Assembly: GCA_020629315.1 (NCBI GenBank)
Contig: JAHDDO010000012.1
Coordinates: forward strand, 5,952 to 69,951
DNA: 64,000 nt
Direction: 5' to 3'
From: Saprospiraceae bacterium
GTDB taxonomy: Bacteria; Bacteroidota; Bacteroidia; Chitinophagales; Saprospiraceae
The translations under genes were made by a program, and so were the position numbers. Position 1 is the stretch's first letter. Each line of letters opens with the position of its first letter. Positions 39,096 to 46,946 of the stretch are shown here, in pieces. The notes under the pieces were generated by a model, which did no database searches, was not told the origin of the DNA, and saw only the letters and a list, made by a program, of their open reading frames with translations.

Positions 39096-39404
39096 TTATT
39101 TTTTCATGATTGCATACACCTCCACTAAGAGGCCTGCAAGAATAAGGATAGGAGCAATAAGAGTCCTTCTTTTGCTATAAATTAAGCTTTCATCCCATAC
39201 ATCTGGACTAGGCATATTACCACCGAGCATGAGTAACATTCCAAGTGTAATTAATCCAATTCCTGCTAGAACCCAAATGTATGTATCTCTCCCAAATAGG
39301 AGTTCTTTACGAGCATTACCTACAGTAGTCCTACGTTGCACTGTGGTTTTTTCAGACTTCTTAGATTTAGCTGATTCGAATTTTGCTACCTTCTTCTTAG
39401 CCAT
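39096..39404 (-). CDS. DUF3098-like small membrane protein
   Basis: 102 aa with a basic N-terminus and two TM helices. It occupies the position between ftsX and uppP that is conserved in Bacteroidota. Confidence 0.65.
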   Translation of the reverse strand: MAKKKVAKFESAKSKKSEKTTVQRRTTVGNARKELLFGRDTYIWVLAGIGLITLGMLLMLGGNMPSPDVWDESLIYSKRRTLIAPILILAGLLVEVYAIMKK

Positions 39405-39448
39405 GAGTTACTCTTTAATTACTACAAAGTTGATTAATTTTTACTGCT

Positions 39449-40303
39449 TTAATACAGTTCATCCAATTTTTTCGACAAATATCTATTAAGGTATGCATGC
39501 GAAGACCACCTAGTTAATAGCATCCCTAAAATAAAGCATAAAACTACTGACAAACCAACCCACTCCCATCTTATAAAACCCAAGCTATCTTTGGCAAGGA
39601 TGAAAAGGAAAAGAAATGCCAGACACATTATAAAAATCATTAGTATAAACGCTTTATAAAAAACCCATTGCGTTCTTCGTAAAAAAGGACGTTTGATAAA
39701 GCTGTTTTGCGCCCCTACAAATTGCATATTCTTAATAAGCATTCGATCTCGTTCAATAATTGATCGAATTGTGTTTCGCAATATCATCGCACCTAGTAGA
39801 ATAAAGAAAAGCGCAATGCAAAACAAAACGGTTTGGACTTTGGAAAGATTGGCACTTATCTTATCGAAATTGGCAGAAGGATTATAAAACTGTAGCATGC
39901 CTTCTTTATATATGAATGATTTTTCGAGCTTCTGAATAAATGCCTCATTAAAATACTCGGAATCTAGATTGAATAAAATGACATCATTGAATGGGTTGTC
40001 ATTATCTTCAATTGTTTGACCTATCCACTCAGACATATATTCCAAGGCTTCCATCTTGGGTATAAACTCTATACTAGATTCTAATACACTCGTATTTTCC
40101 CTAAGGTCATTTAATACTTTACTTTTAGCCTCATTTGATACATCAGGTTGTAGTTCAATAATAAAATTGACGCGCTCTTTAAAGTAATTCGTTATATCTT
40201 GGCTATGCAGCAATACTATGAGGTACAGAAATATTATACTCAATATTATGCTAAGCGTTAGAATGCTGCTAAAAAGATCAGATGTTTGTTTCGCTTTACT
40301 CAA
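39449..40303 (-). CDS. ftsX: Cell division permease-like protein FtsX
   Basis: FtsX topology: short cytoplasmic N-terminus, TM1 ILTLSIILSIIFLYLIVLL, a periplasmic loop, and three C-terminal TM helices. The track ORF runs to 40471, but that extension is antisense to a well-formed plus-strand gene. A TTG at 40303 gives MSKAKQTSDLFSS..., a typical FtsX N-terminus. Confidence 0.75.
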   Translation of the reverse strand: MSKAKQTSDLFSSILTLSIILSIIFLYLIVLLHSQDITNYFKERVNFIIELQPDVSNEAKSKVLNDLRENTSVLESSIEFIPKMEALEYMSEWIGQTIEDNDNPFNDVILFNLDSEYFNEAFIQKLEKSFIYKEGMLQFYNPSANFDKISANLSKVQTVLFCIALFFILLGAMILRNTIRSIIERDRMLIKNMQFVGAQNSFIKRPFLRRTQWVFYKAFILMIFIMCLAFLFLFILAKDSLGFIRWEWVGLSVVLCFILGMLLTRWSSHAYLNRYLSKKLDELY

Positions 40304-40304
40304 T

Positions 40305-40895
40305 ATGATATCATATAAAGATTTTACAAATATAACTTTGTTCCTGTTATTTATTTCATTTGAATCAACAGCCCAAATAACAGTAACGAATCCTTCATTC
40401 GAAGATGAGCCAGCTGATGCAACAGTGCCGACGGGCTGGTGGAAAATAGACCCAGATACAACACCAGACATATTGCCTGGTTTTTGGGGTGTTTATAATG
40501 AGGCTTCAGATGGAGAAACGTACATAGGTTTGATTACAAGACCCAATAGAACTTGGGAGACTATTGGTCAGAAACTAGCGAGTCCTCTGGAAAAAGGGGT
40601 TTGCTATACCACTTCAGTGGATTTAGCTCATTCCAAGACATACGCTGGATATTCTACACCAATAAAATGTAGAATATATATTGGAGACAAAAAGAAAAAT
40701 AGAACTCAACTCATTTTTGAATCTGATTTCATCAATACTTCTGAGTGGCAAAACGTCAGAATTGATTTTATGCCTGAATCAACAATGCAATATATACTGA
40801 TAGAAGCCTACCATCCGGATACAGCTACCAAAGGAACGGAAGGAAATATCTTAATTGATGCATTTAGACCTATTAAACTTTGTTCAAAAGCGTAA
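40305..40895 (+). CDS. Secreted hypothetical protein with a jelly-roll/CBM-like domain (a domain also seen at the N-terminus of some Bacteroidota OmpA-family proteins)
   Basis: The internal ATG at 40305 gives the signal peptide MISYKDFTNITLFLLFISFESTAQ. The mature part begins ITVTNPSFEDEP...PTGWW and contains DGETYIGLITR, ILIEAYH and GNILIDAF. Confidence 0.6.
   Translation: MISYKDFTNITLFLLFISFESTAQITVTNPSFEDEPADATVPTGWWKIDPDTTPDILPGFWGVYNEASDGETYIGLITRPNRTWETIGQKLASPLEKGVCYTTSVDLAHSKTYAGYSTPIKCRIYIGDKKKNRTQLIFESDFINTSEWQNVRIDFMPESTMQYILIEAYHPDTATKGTEGNILIDAFRPIKLCSKA
40327..40334 (-). promoter_or_regulatory. Candidate -7 promoter box (TAnnTTTG) for ftsX, embedded in the 5' coding region of the divergent gene
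   Basis: The minus strand reads TATATTTG, ending 23 nt upstream of the proposed TTG start at 40303. Confidence 0.35.
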
Positions 40896-40897
40896 AA

Positions 40898-41329
40898 ATG
40901 AAAAGCCTGCCAATATTTATATTCTTGATAATTTCGAATTTCTCATTTGCTCAATTTAAGCTTGGAGCAGGTCTTGGCTATCTTGAAAATGGTAATCAAT
41001 TTAGCTTACAAGCTAAAACGGCTGTTGGCATAACTAATGAATTGATGCTAGGTGGCTCTTATAATTATTATCTTTCATCGGCTAATCAATATGATGTAAA
41101 TGTGGATGCTATGTGGCGCATTATTGATATAAATCGAACGGTTTATATATATCCGTTTGGAGGCTTGCATTTCATAAAACCCAATAATACAAGGATAGAT
41201 ATTGGGATTAATCTTGGTCTTTTTTCATATTTCCCGATTACCGAAAAATTGGAGTTATACATTGAGCCTAAATATATTCTTGGTAGTGCAAGATCGTTCA
41301 GCCTAAGTGCTGGCGTATTTTTCTTTTAG
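40898..41329 (+). CDS. Small outer-membrane beta-barrel-like protein
   Basis: The ATG at 40898 gives the signal peptide MKSLPIFIFLIISNFSFAQ. The sequence is about 125 aa of alternating beta-strand pattern ending ...SLSAGVFFF (aromatic C-terminus). Confidence 0.6.
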   Translation: MKSLPIFIFLIISNFSFAQFKLGAGLGYLENGNQFSLQAKTAVGITNELMLGGSYNYYLSSANQYDVNVDAMWRIIDINRTVYIYPFGGLHFIKPNNTRIDIGINLGLFSYFPITEKLELYIEPKYILGSARSFSLSAGVFFF

Positions 41330-41360
41330 GCACATATCTTTTTTATAAATACATTACGCT

Positions 41361-42176
41361 ATGAATGACTCAGACAGGACGATAGAGATTCATGGACATC
41401 GTGGCTGGCGCGCTTTATTTCCTGAAAACAGCATTATCGGGTGTCATGAAGCTAGTAAATTGAATATCGACGCCATTGAAATTGATCTGGTAGTAGATGC
41501 TGATCATCAACTCATTGTTTCACATGAAGCGTATTTTAACCCAAAACTTTGTACAGGTCCCTCAGGTCAAGAGCTTAGCTATTCACCAAGTAATAATATT
41601 TATACAATGACCCAAAAGGACATTGGACAATATCATTGTGGGCATCTTTACGATCCAAATTTTCCAAATCAAACCTTACAAAAGCACACAAAACCAAGTT
41701 TAAAAAAATTAATTCATGAGGTAGCTCTAGCGTCTCATCAATATTGGAATATTGAGCTTAAGTTCGAAAACGAACGCAAAAGTCTCTACTATCCAGACGC
41801 AGAAAGATATGCTACGATCGTCATTGAGGAGATATCGGCATTAGGGATAGCGCATTCTTGCTTACTACAGTCCTTTAGTTATGAACTATTGCAAGCTATT
41901 TACAAGCAAAACGATTCATTGCGGCTGGGCTTGCTTATAGATAGACCTACTAAAGTAAAGGATAATATTAGCGAACTAGGATTTGTTCCTGATTTCTATA
42001 ATCCTCACTATGCTTTGCTTAGCTCTGCCTTGGTAAATAAGGCACATTCGCTGAACATGAAAGTGGTTCCTTGGACCGTAAATGATGTAAATGAAATGAA
42101 GAATTTGATTGCTATGGGTGTAGATGGATTGATTACTGATTACCCCAAAAAGGCCTTACATTCAGTTGTAAAATAA
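41361..42176 (+). CDS. Glycerophosphodiester phosphodiesterase (GDPD family)
   Basis: IEIHGHRGWRALFPENS, AIEIDLVV..QLIVSHE and VVPWTVNDVNEMKNLIAMGVDGLITDYP. Confidence 0.9.
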   Translation: MNDSDRTIEIHGHRGWRALFPENSIIGCHEASKLNIDAIEIDLVVDADHQLIVSHEAYFNPKLCTGPSGQELSYSPSNNIYTMTQKDIGQYHCGHLYDPNFPNQTLQKHTKPSLKKLIHEVALASHQYWNIELKFENERKSLYYPDAERYATIVIEEISALGIAHSCLLQSFSYELLQAIYKQNDSLRLGLLIDRPTKVKDNISELGFVPDFYNPHYALLSSALVNKAHSLNMKVVPWTVNDVNEMKNLIAMGVDGLITDYPKKALHSVVK

Positions 42177-42202
42177 AAAAAGGCAGCTTTGAGAAAGCTG
42201 CC
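42175..42202 (-). terminator. Intrinsic terminator-like hairpin whose U-tract is on the minus strand
   Basis: 9-bp stem GGCAGCTTT/AAAGCTGCC (42182-42202) with a 3-nt loop. A 7-A run (42175-42181) precedes it on the plus strand, which is T7 after the hairpin on the minus strand. There is no T-run on the plus side. Confidence 0.6.
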
Positions 42203-42341
42203 AATAGCTAACACCCTATAATATGAGAAAATGATATCCAAATATAAGGCAATTCCCCTAATTAATCACGGAATAACCCTATATATCGTTTAATTTTTAA
42301 TTCTAGCTAATAATTACCAATAAATAGGGGCATTATCATAT

Positions 42342-42749
42342 ATGAGTGTAATTGAAATTAAGAAACCAAAAGCAAAGATAGATCCGTCTATCTTGGCACA
42401 ATTGAAGACATCACCAGAAGAGGCGGGTCAAGTCATATTACATTTTATCTACCTTAGTTTTCCTTTGGGAGAAGGGTCTAAAATTAGGATATGGCCTAGC
42501 AGTTTTTTATTTGATCATCATTCTGATCATAGAAGTGAATTGGTGCACATTGAAAATATAAGCCTATATCCAGAATGGACGGACGTACATCCGGGACGCC
42601 AACATTATTTTTCTTTAATCTTTTCAGGGCTACCTAAATCTTGTACATTCTTCGATTTTGTAGAAGAGTGTGCTTCCCAATTTGGAGCATTCGAGGTAAA
42701 AAACATTAAAAGGAACAATACGGATGTGTATTACTTTTTATTAAAGTAA
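42342..42749 (+). CDS. Hypothetical small cytoplasmic protein (135 aa)
   Basis: Clean ORF with ordinary composition. No signal peptide and no motif I recognise. Its stop lies 3 nt from the stop of the convergent giant gene. Confidence 0.45.
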   Translation: MSVIEIKKPKAKIDPSILAQLKTSPEEAGQVILHFIYLSFPLGEGSKIRIWPSSFLFDHHSDHRSELVHIENISLYPEWTDVHPGRQHYFSLIFSGLPKSCTFFDFVEECASQFGAFEVKNIKRNNTDVYYFLLK

Positions 42750-42752
42750 CGC

Positions 42753-45700
42753 CTATCTCAGCAAGGTAACATCCCCTGTCATGACGATAACAGAACCATC
42801 GATAACCAACAATTCAGCAATCCAAGTATAGACCCCTGTAATTGCAGGTCCATTATTGAAAGTACCATCCCAACCTAGGTAGTTGACATTCGGTTCCATA
42901 TCAAAATTCTCAAACATCTTTTCACCTGCTCTATCGTATACACGTAGGTATAGGATTTTCTCTATTTCGTCATTTGTGAATAAATTGAAATATTGATTTT
43001 CAAAATTGGCTTTTGATGAGAAAACATTAGGGGCCATAACCTTAGGATCATATAAACGTCTAATGTAAATCTCAAGAAGCTCTTCACAACCTAAGGTATC
43101 TGTCACCCAAACTTCAATAAATCCATCTTCATCTATATTGGAAAGTAGTGGGTCAAAACAATCGTCACAACTGAGATCAATCACTTCAGATTGCCATTCG
43201 ATGCTCTCAATTTCATCTATATTTCTATTGGTAAATAAGTGTACTGTAGCCGTATCACTGGTAAATAACTCCAAATAATCCGTATCTAAATATGCATCTA
43301 GATAACTCACTTCGTTTACTACCAGACTTGTATCAAAAGCACAGCCATTTGCATCTATGACACTTAAGGCATAGAGCCCTGAGTTTTGAATGGCAAGTCC
43401 ATCAGAAGATATAGCTTGACCATTCAAAAGGACATTGAAAGGCCCGACTCCACCATCAGATATAATATCACTTAAAATAGCTGATTCTTCCAAACAAGAT
43501 GGCTGCTCCAAATCAAATGTAACGGCTTCTGGGAAGGACTCTGTAAACATCTCAGCTGAATACATTTGCTCACAATGATTATTCGTATTGAGTAAGACTA
43601 ACTCGTAAGTACCATCATCAGGCGATATAATTTCTTCTTCGTTAGAATATACATTACCCTCTAGAAACCAGGTGAGTTCAATATTGGGATCAAGTCCATC
43701 AATCTCGAGTAATCCAGAACCTTCCATACAGGTTTTAGGCTCTACAGCCAATATTCCCTCTGGTAATTCCTGATCCACCGTAACTGTTGTCAATTCTGTA
43801 TGACTACATCCATTTGAGGAAGTAACCTCCAAATTAAATTCACCACTAGCTGTCGTACTAAATGTATTCTCTTCTGAAAGTGTTACTCCTCCCGAGTCTG
43901 TCCATTGATAGCTCACATCTTCTCCTGCAAGGTTTATCTCATACTCGGCAATTGTATCTTGACAGTTTAGACTGAAATCTTCCAAGGTAAACATGGGAGA
44001 AATGGTATCTACTTCGATCAGTATACTTGCTTCAGCACTACATCCATTTTCTCCTGTTACCCATACTGTATAGGTTCCTCCTTCTGTAGCTAGGTACTCT
44101 TCGGAATCACTTTCATTTCCGGATGGGTCGACCCAATTATATGTGGCGCTTTCGTTAACCATTGGGGTTAACAAAACTTCTGCCTCCAAACAATTTATTG
44201 TATCTCTTTCTGCCAGTTCTATGGCAGGCAATTCAATATCCGCTTCCGCTTGAACAAGCAAGGTATCAACACAACCATTCGCACCTTCGAGAGCTACATA
44301 ATATATACCTTCAGTATCTATTGTTGGTTGTGTTCCAATGTCATTCTTCTCCTCATTTAGCCATACAAATTCTTCCACATTATTTATGATCGTCAAGGCT
44401 GGGTTTGCACTTGGATTTTCGCAATCTAAGAAAATCGGATCTACAGAGGCCTGCGGTAGGTCTTGATCTACAAAAACATTGGCAGACTGTGTGCTACTAC
44501 AGCCATTTGGAGAAATAATTTCCAAGGTATATTGCCCTTCAGTAGAAGTGCTAAATGTTGTAGTCTGAGATAATTCATTTCCTGCTTGATCAAACCATTG
44601 GTAATTCAGTCCTTCATCCATCAATGCCACATCAAAAATGGCAACGGAATCATTACAATTTAGGTTGATATCCTCGAGTTCAAAAATAGGTGATATTGTA
44701 TCCACTTCAATAAGTACACTAGCTTCAGAGCTACATCCATTATCAGTAGTTACGGATAGTGTATATACCCCTCCAACAGTCGCTAAATATTGCTCATCAG
44801 CACTTTCATTTCCTAGTGGATCTTCCCAGCTGTATGCCACATCTTCATTTACCTCAGGTACAAGCAACACTTCCGTATTCAAACAAGTGAGTGTATCTCG
44901 ATCCAGCAATACTATGCTTGGTAAATCAAGGTCGGCTATCACTTCTATTTCCAGCGTATCTACGCACCCATTCTCCCCTACCATTGCCAGATAATAAAAA
45001 CCATCTGTATTGATCGAAGGATCGGTTCCAATTTCATTTTGTTGCTCGTCCAACCACACAAAACTGTCTACATTATTTACTATGGTTACCGTAGGAGTTT
45101 CACTAGGGTTATCGCAATCTAATAGTATAGGAGCGACGTCCGCCTCTGGTAAGGCCAGATCACTATCCACTAAAAAACTACCCTCCTGGTTGCATCCATC
45201 ATCACTGGTTATATAGTAAAAATATTCGCCTTCTTCGGTGTATGTAAATTCTTGATCTTCTGACAATATACCTCCTTGATCATCTTCCCACCTCACTGTA
45301 ATTTCCTCAGAGATATTTAGAAAAAAGGCTTGTCCTACACTTTGATCACAGTTTAGCATCGGTGTAAAATCCAATACTAGATTCAATGCTGTAGATTCGT
45401 CTTCAACCGTAAAACTAGCTGTATTACTACATCCGTTATCCGCTGTAACTACTAATTCATATTCACCAGCATTACTAACGTCAAGGCTATTTCCATTTCC
45501 TATAGTACCATTATTGGCCCTCCACTCATAGTTTAATCCATCCACACTGCTTTCAGCAATAAGGGTTACCTGCGTAATGGAACAACCTAGATTGGATCCT
45601 AGGATATTTATATCTGGTTGATCAAGGTCTTCGAATACTTCAATTACACCTTCAATCTGACAATTATAAATAGTATCTATCAAGGTATAATTATATAATC

Positions 45701-46763
45701 CGCTATCAGAAAAAGCGATATCAACACCCGTCTCATCGATAGCAGGGTCACTATCAAATATGACGATACTATTTTCACTTTGATCAAGTATAATTAAATC
45801 AACAAGGGCTTGATTACAATTTATAGTGTCTACAGTAAATGCAGCATTAGGTGCATAACCATTATAAATCGAAATCGAATCTAAGACTAAAATGTGTTGT
45901 GTACATTCTACTGTTTCTACCCCATCTGTAATACTAAAATGGCGAACCCCCATAAATGGCTCTCCGTCGCATGCACCGCTAATATCTTCTACGGCTTCAA
46001 TCACTAAAGGAAAACATAAGCTATCCCCTACAAAACCACCCAAAGAAATAAAGTCAGCTTCGTCAGTACTTGACTCCGAGTCCAAAAAAGAACTAGGCAA
46101 ATCACCAATTTCGTCCACAGTATTGACGATAATTGAATCAATCAAATTACAAGACACATCAAAAACACAGCACTGAGGGACATCAATAGACATGGTATCC
46201 GCACAGCCAACAGCTGTGCGTATTATGAGTTGATACACGCCTGGATCAACACCCATAAGATCTTCCGCATCAGACTCAAATCCATTAGCTGCTTCCCATG
46301 AATACTCCACGGCAAAGTCTGAAATAATTTCCGAATAAATATTTACTAAATTGCCTTGACCTGGCAGGCATTCATAGATCAGAGTATCAATTTCTGCAAC
46401 GCCCGTATTAACTAGTTGAGGGCTTTCAGGTATTGATGAACAAAAATTTTCATCAATAACAATGACTAAGTAATCTCCTGCAGGCAAATCAGGGAAGTAG
46501 TTTGATGGATGGAATGTCATCCCTCCATCGATACTATACATTAAGTTAGCGCCTTGCTCTCCTTCAGCTATAATTGTAATACTACCGTCAGAATTACCAC
46601 AGGATGGGTTCTGTTCGATAATATCTAAAACTACAACGCCACTTAGATTTTCGTGATTAGTTGCATTACCGTTAAATGCAAATCCGACTATGAATAAACA
46701 TAGTAGGAAAATTACAGGCTTCATTACACGTTTCTTTTTGAGGTTATTTATCAAACCCTTCAT
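42753..46763 (-). CDS. Giant SprB-like cell-surface adhesin with a T9SS type B (CHU_C-type) C-terminal sorting domain
   Basis: N-terminal SprB-repeat-like NPSCGNSDGSITIIAEG...YSIDGG...LPAGDYLVIVIDENFC. Many Cys-paired Ig-like modules follow. The C-terminus APNVFSS..NQYFNLF...LRVYDRAGEKMFE...GWDGTFNNGPAITGVYTW...GDVTLLR matches the type B CTD. The start may be the second Met (46724), which immediately precedes the signal helix. Confidence 0.85.
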   Translation of the reverse strand: MKGLINNLKKKRVMKPVIFLLCLFIVGFAFNGNATNHENLSGVVVLDIIEQNPSCGNSDGSITIIAEGEQGANLMYSIDGGMTFHPSNYFPDLPAGDYLVIVIDENFCSSIPESPQLVNTGVAEIDTLIYECLPGQGNLVNIYSEIISDFAVEYSWEAANGFESDAEDLMGVDPGVYQLIIRTAVGCADTMSIDVPQCCVFDVSCNLIDSIIVNTVDEIGDLPSSFLDSESSTDEADFISLGGFVGDSLCFPLVIEAVEDISGACDGEPFMGVRHFSITDGVETVECTQHILVLDSISIYNGYAPNAAFTVDTINCNQALVDLIILDQSENSIVIFDSDPAIDETGVDIAFSDSGLYNYTLIDTIYNCQIEGVIEVFEDLDQPDINILGSNLGCSITQVTLIAESSVDGLNYEWRANNGTIGNGNSLDVSNAGEYELVVTADNGCSNTASFTVEDESTALNLVLDFTPMLNCDQSVGQAFFLNISEEITVRWEDDQGGILSEDQEFTYTEEGEYFYYITSDDGCNQEGSFLVDSDLALPEADVAPILLDCDNPSETPTVTIVNNVDSFVWLDEQQNEIGTDPSINTDGFYYLAMVGENGCVDTLEIEVIADLDLPSIVLLDRDTLTCLNTEVLLVPEVNEDVAYSWEDPLGNESADEQYLATVGGVYTLSVTTDNGCSSEASVLIEVDTISPIFELEDINLNCNDSVAIFDVALMDEGLNYQWFDQAGNELSQTTTFSTSTEGQYTLEIISPNGCSSTQSANVFVDQDLPQASVDPIFLDCENPSANPALTIINNVEEFVWLNEEKNDIGTQPTIDTEGIYYVALEGANGCVDTLLVQAEADIELPAIELAERDTINCLEAEVLLTPMVNESATYNWVDPSGNESDSEEYLATEGGTYTVWVTGENGCSAEASILIEVDTISPMFTLEDFSLNCQDTIAEYEINLAGEDVSYQWTDSGGVTLSEENTFSTTASGEFNLEVTSSNGCSHTELTTVTVDQELPEGILAVEPKTCMEGSGLLEIDGLDPNIELTWFLEGNVYSNEEEIISPDDGTYELVLLNTNNHCEQMYSAEMFTESFPEAVTFDLEQPSCLEESAILSDIISDGGVGPFNVLLNGQAISSDGLAIQNSGLYALSVIDANGCAFDTSLVVNEVSYLDAYLDTDYLELFTSDTATVHLFTNRNIDEIESIEWQSEVIDLSCDDCFDPLLSNIDEDGFIEVWVTDTLGCEELLEIYIRRLYDPKVMAPNVFSSKANFENQYFNLFTNDEIEKILYLRVYDRAGEKMFENFDMEPNVNYLGWDGTFNNGPAITGVYTWIAELLVIDGSVIVMTGDVTLLR
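43767..45152 (-). repeat. Diverged tandem duplication inside the adhesin gene: two 693-nt (231-aa) units, each made of three Ig-like modules
   Basis: Landmarks LPEADVAPILLDC (aa 538), LPQASVDPIFLDC (aa 769) and LPEG (aa 1000) are spaced exactly 231 aa apart. IEVDTISP occurs at aa 685-692 and again at 916-923. DNA around 44697 and 44004 aligns at a 693-nt offset with many substitutions. Confidence 0.9.
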
Positions 46764-46946
46764 AAAAAAGACAATGAAATTGGGCGTGACCCTAAAAAAA
46801 TAACATTTAATTTTAAAAAGTTAAAATAGTGGCTTAACTGCTCCTCCAAGTAGAATCAAATTGTAGCGAGCACAGCAATGAGTAGAACAACAAGGGTAAT
46901 AAGATGAGCATTTCAGCTATACCCACGATAAGGATCACTTTAACGA

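Noticed and set aside
40304-40471. 56-codon N-terminal extension of the ftsX ORF (MSGVVSGSIFHQPVG...).
   Set aside because: It is antisense to the well-formed signal peptide and mature N-terminus of the plus-strand gene starting at 40305. FtsX proteins normally begin about 15-20 residues before TM1, which fits the TTG at 40303.
43767-45152. Repeat structure considered as a possible CRISPR array or other non-coding tandem array.
   Set aside because: The units are 693 nt, diverged, in-frame and fully coding within the adhesin ORF. I found no short direct repeats alternating with spacers anywhere in the window.
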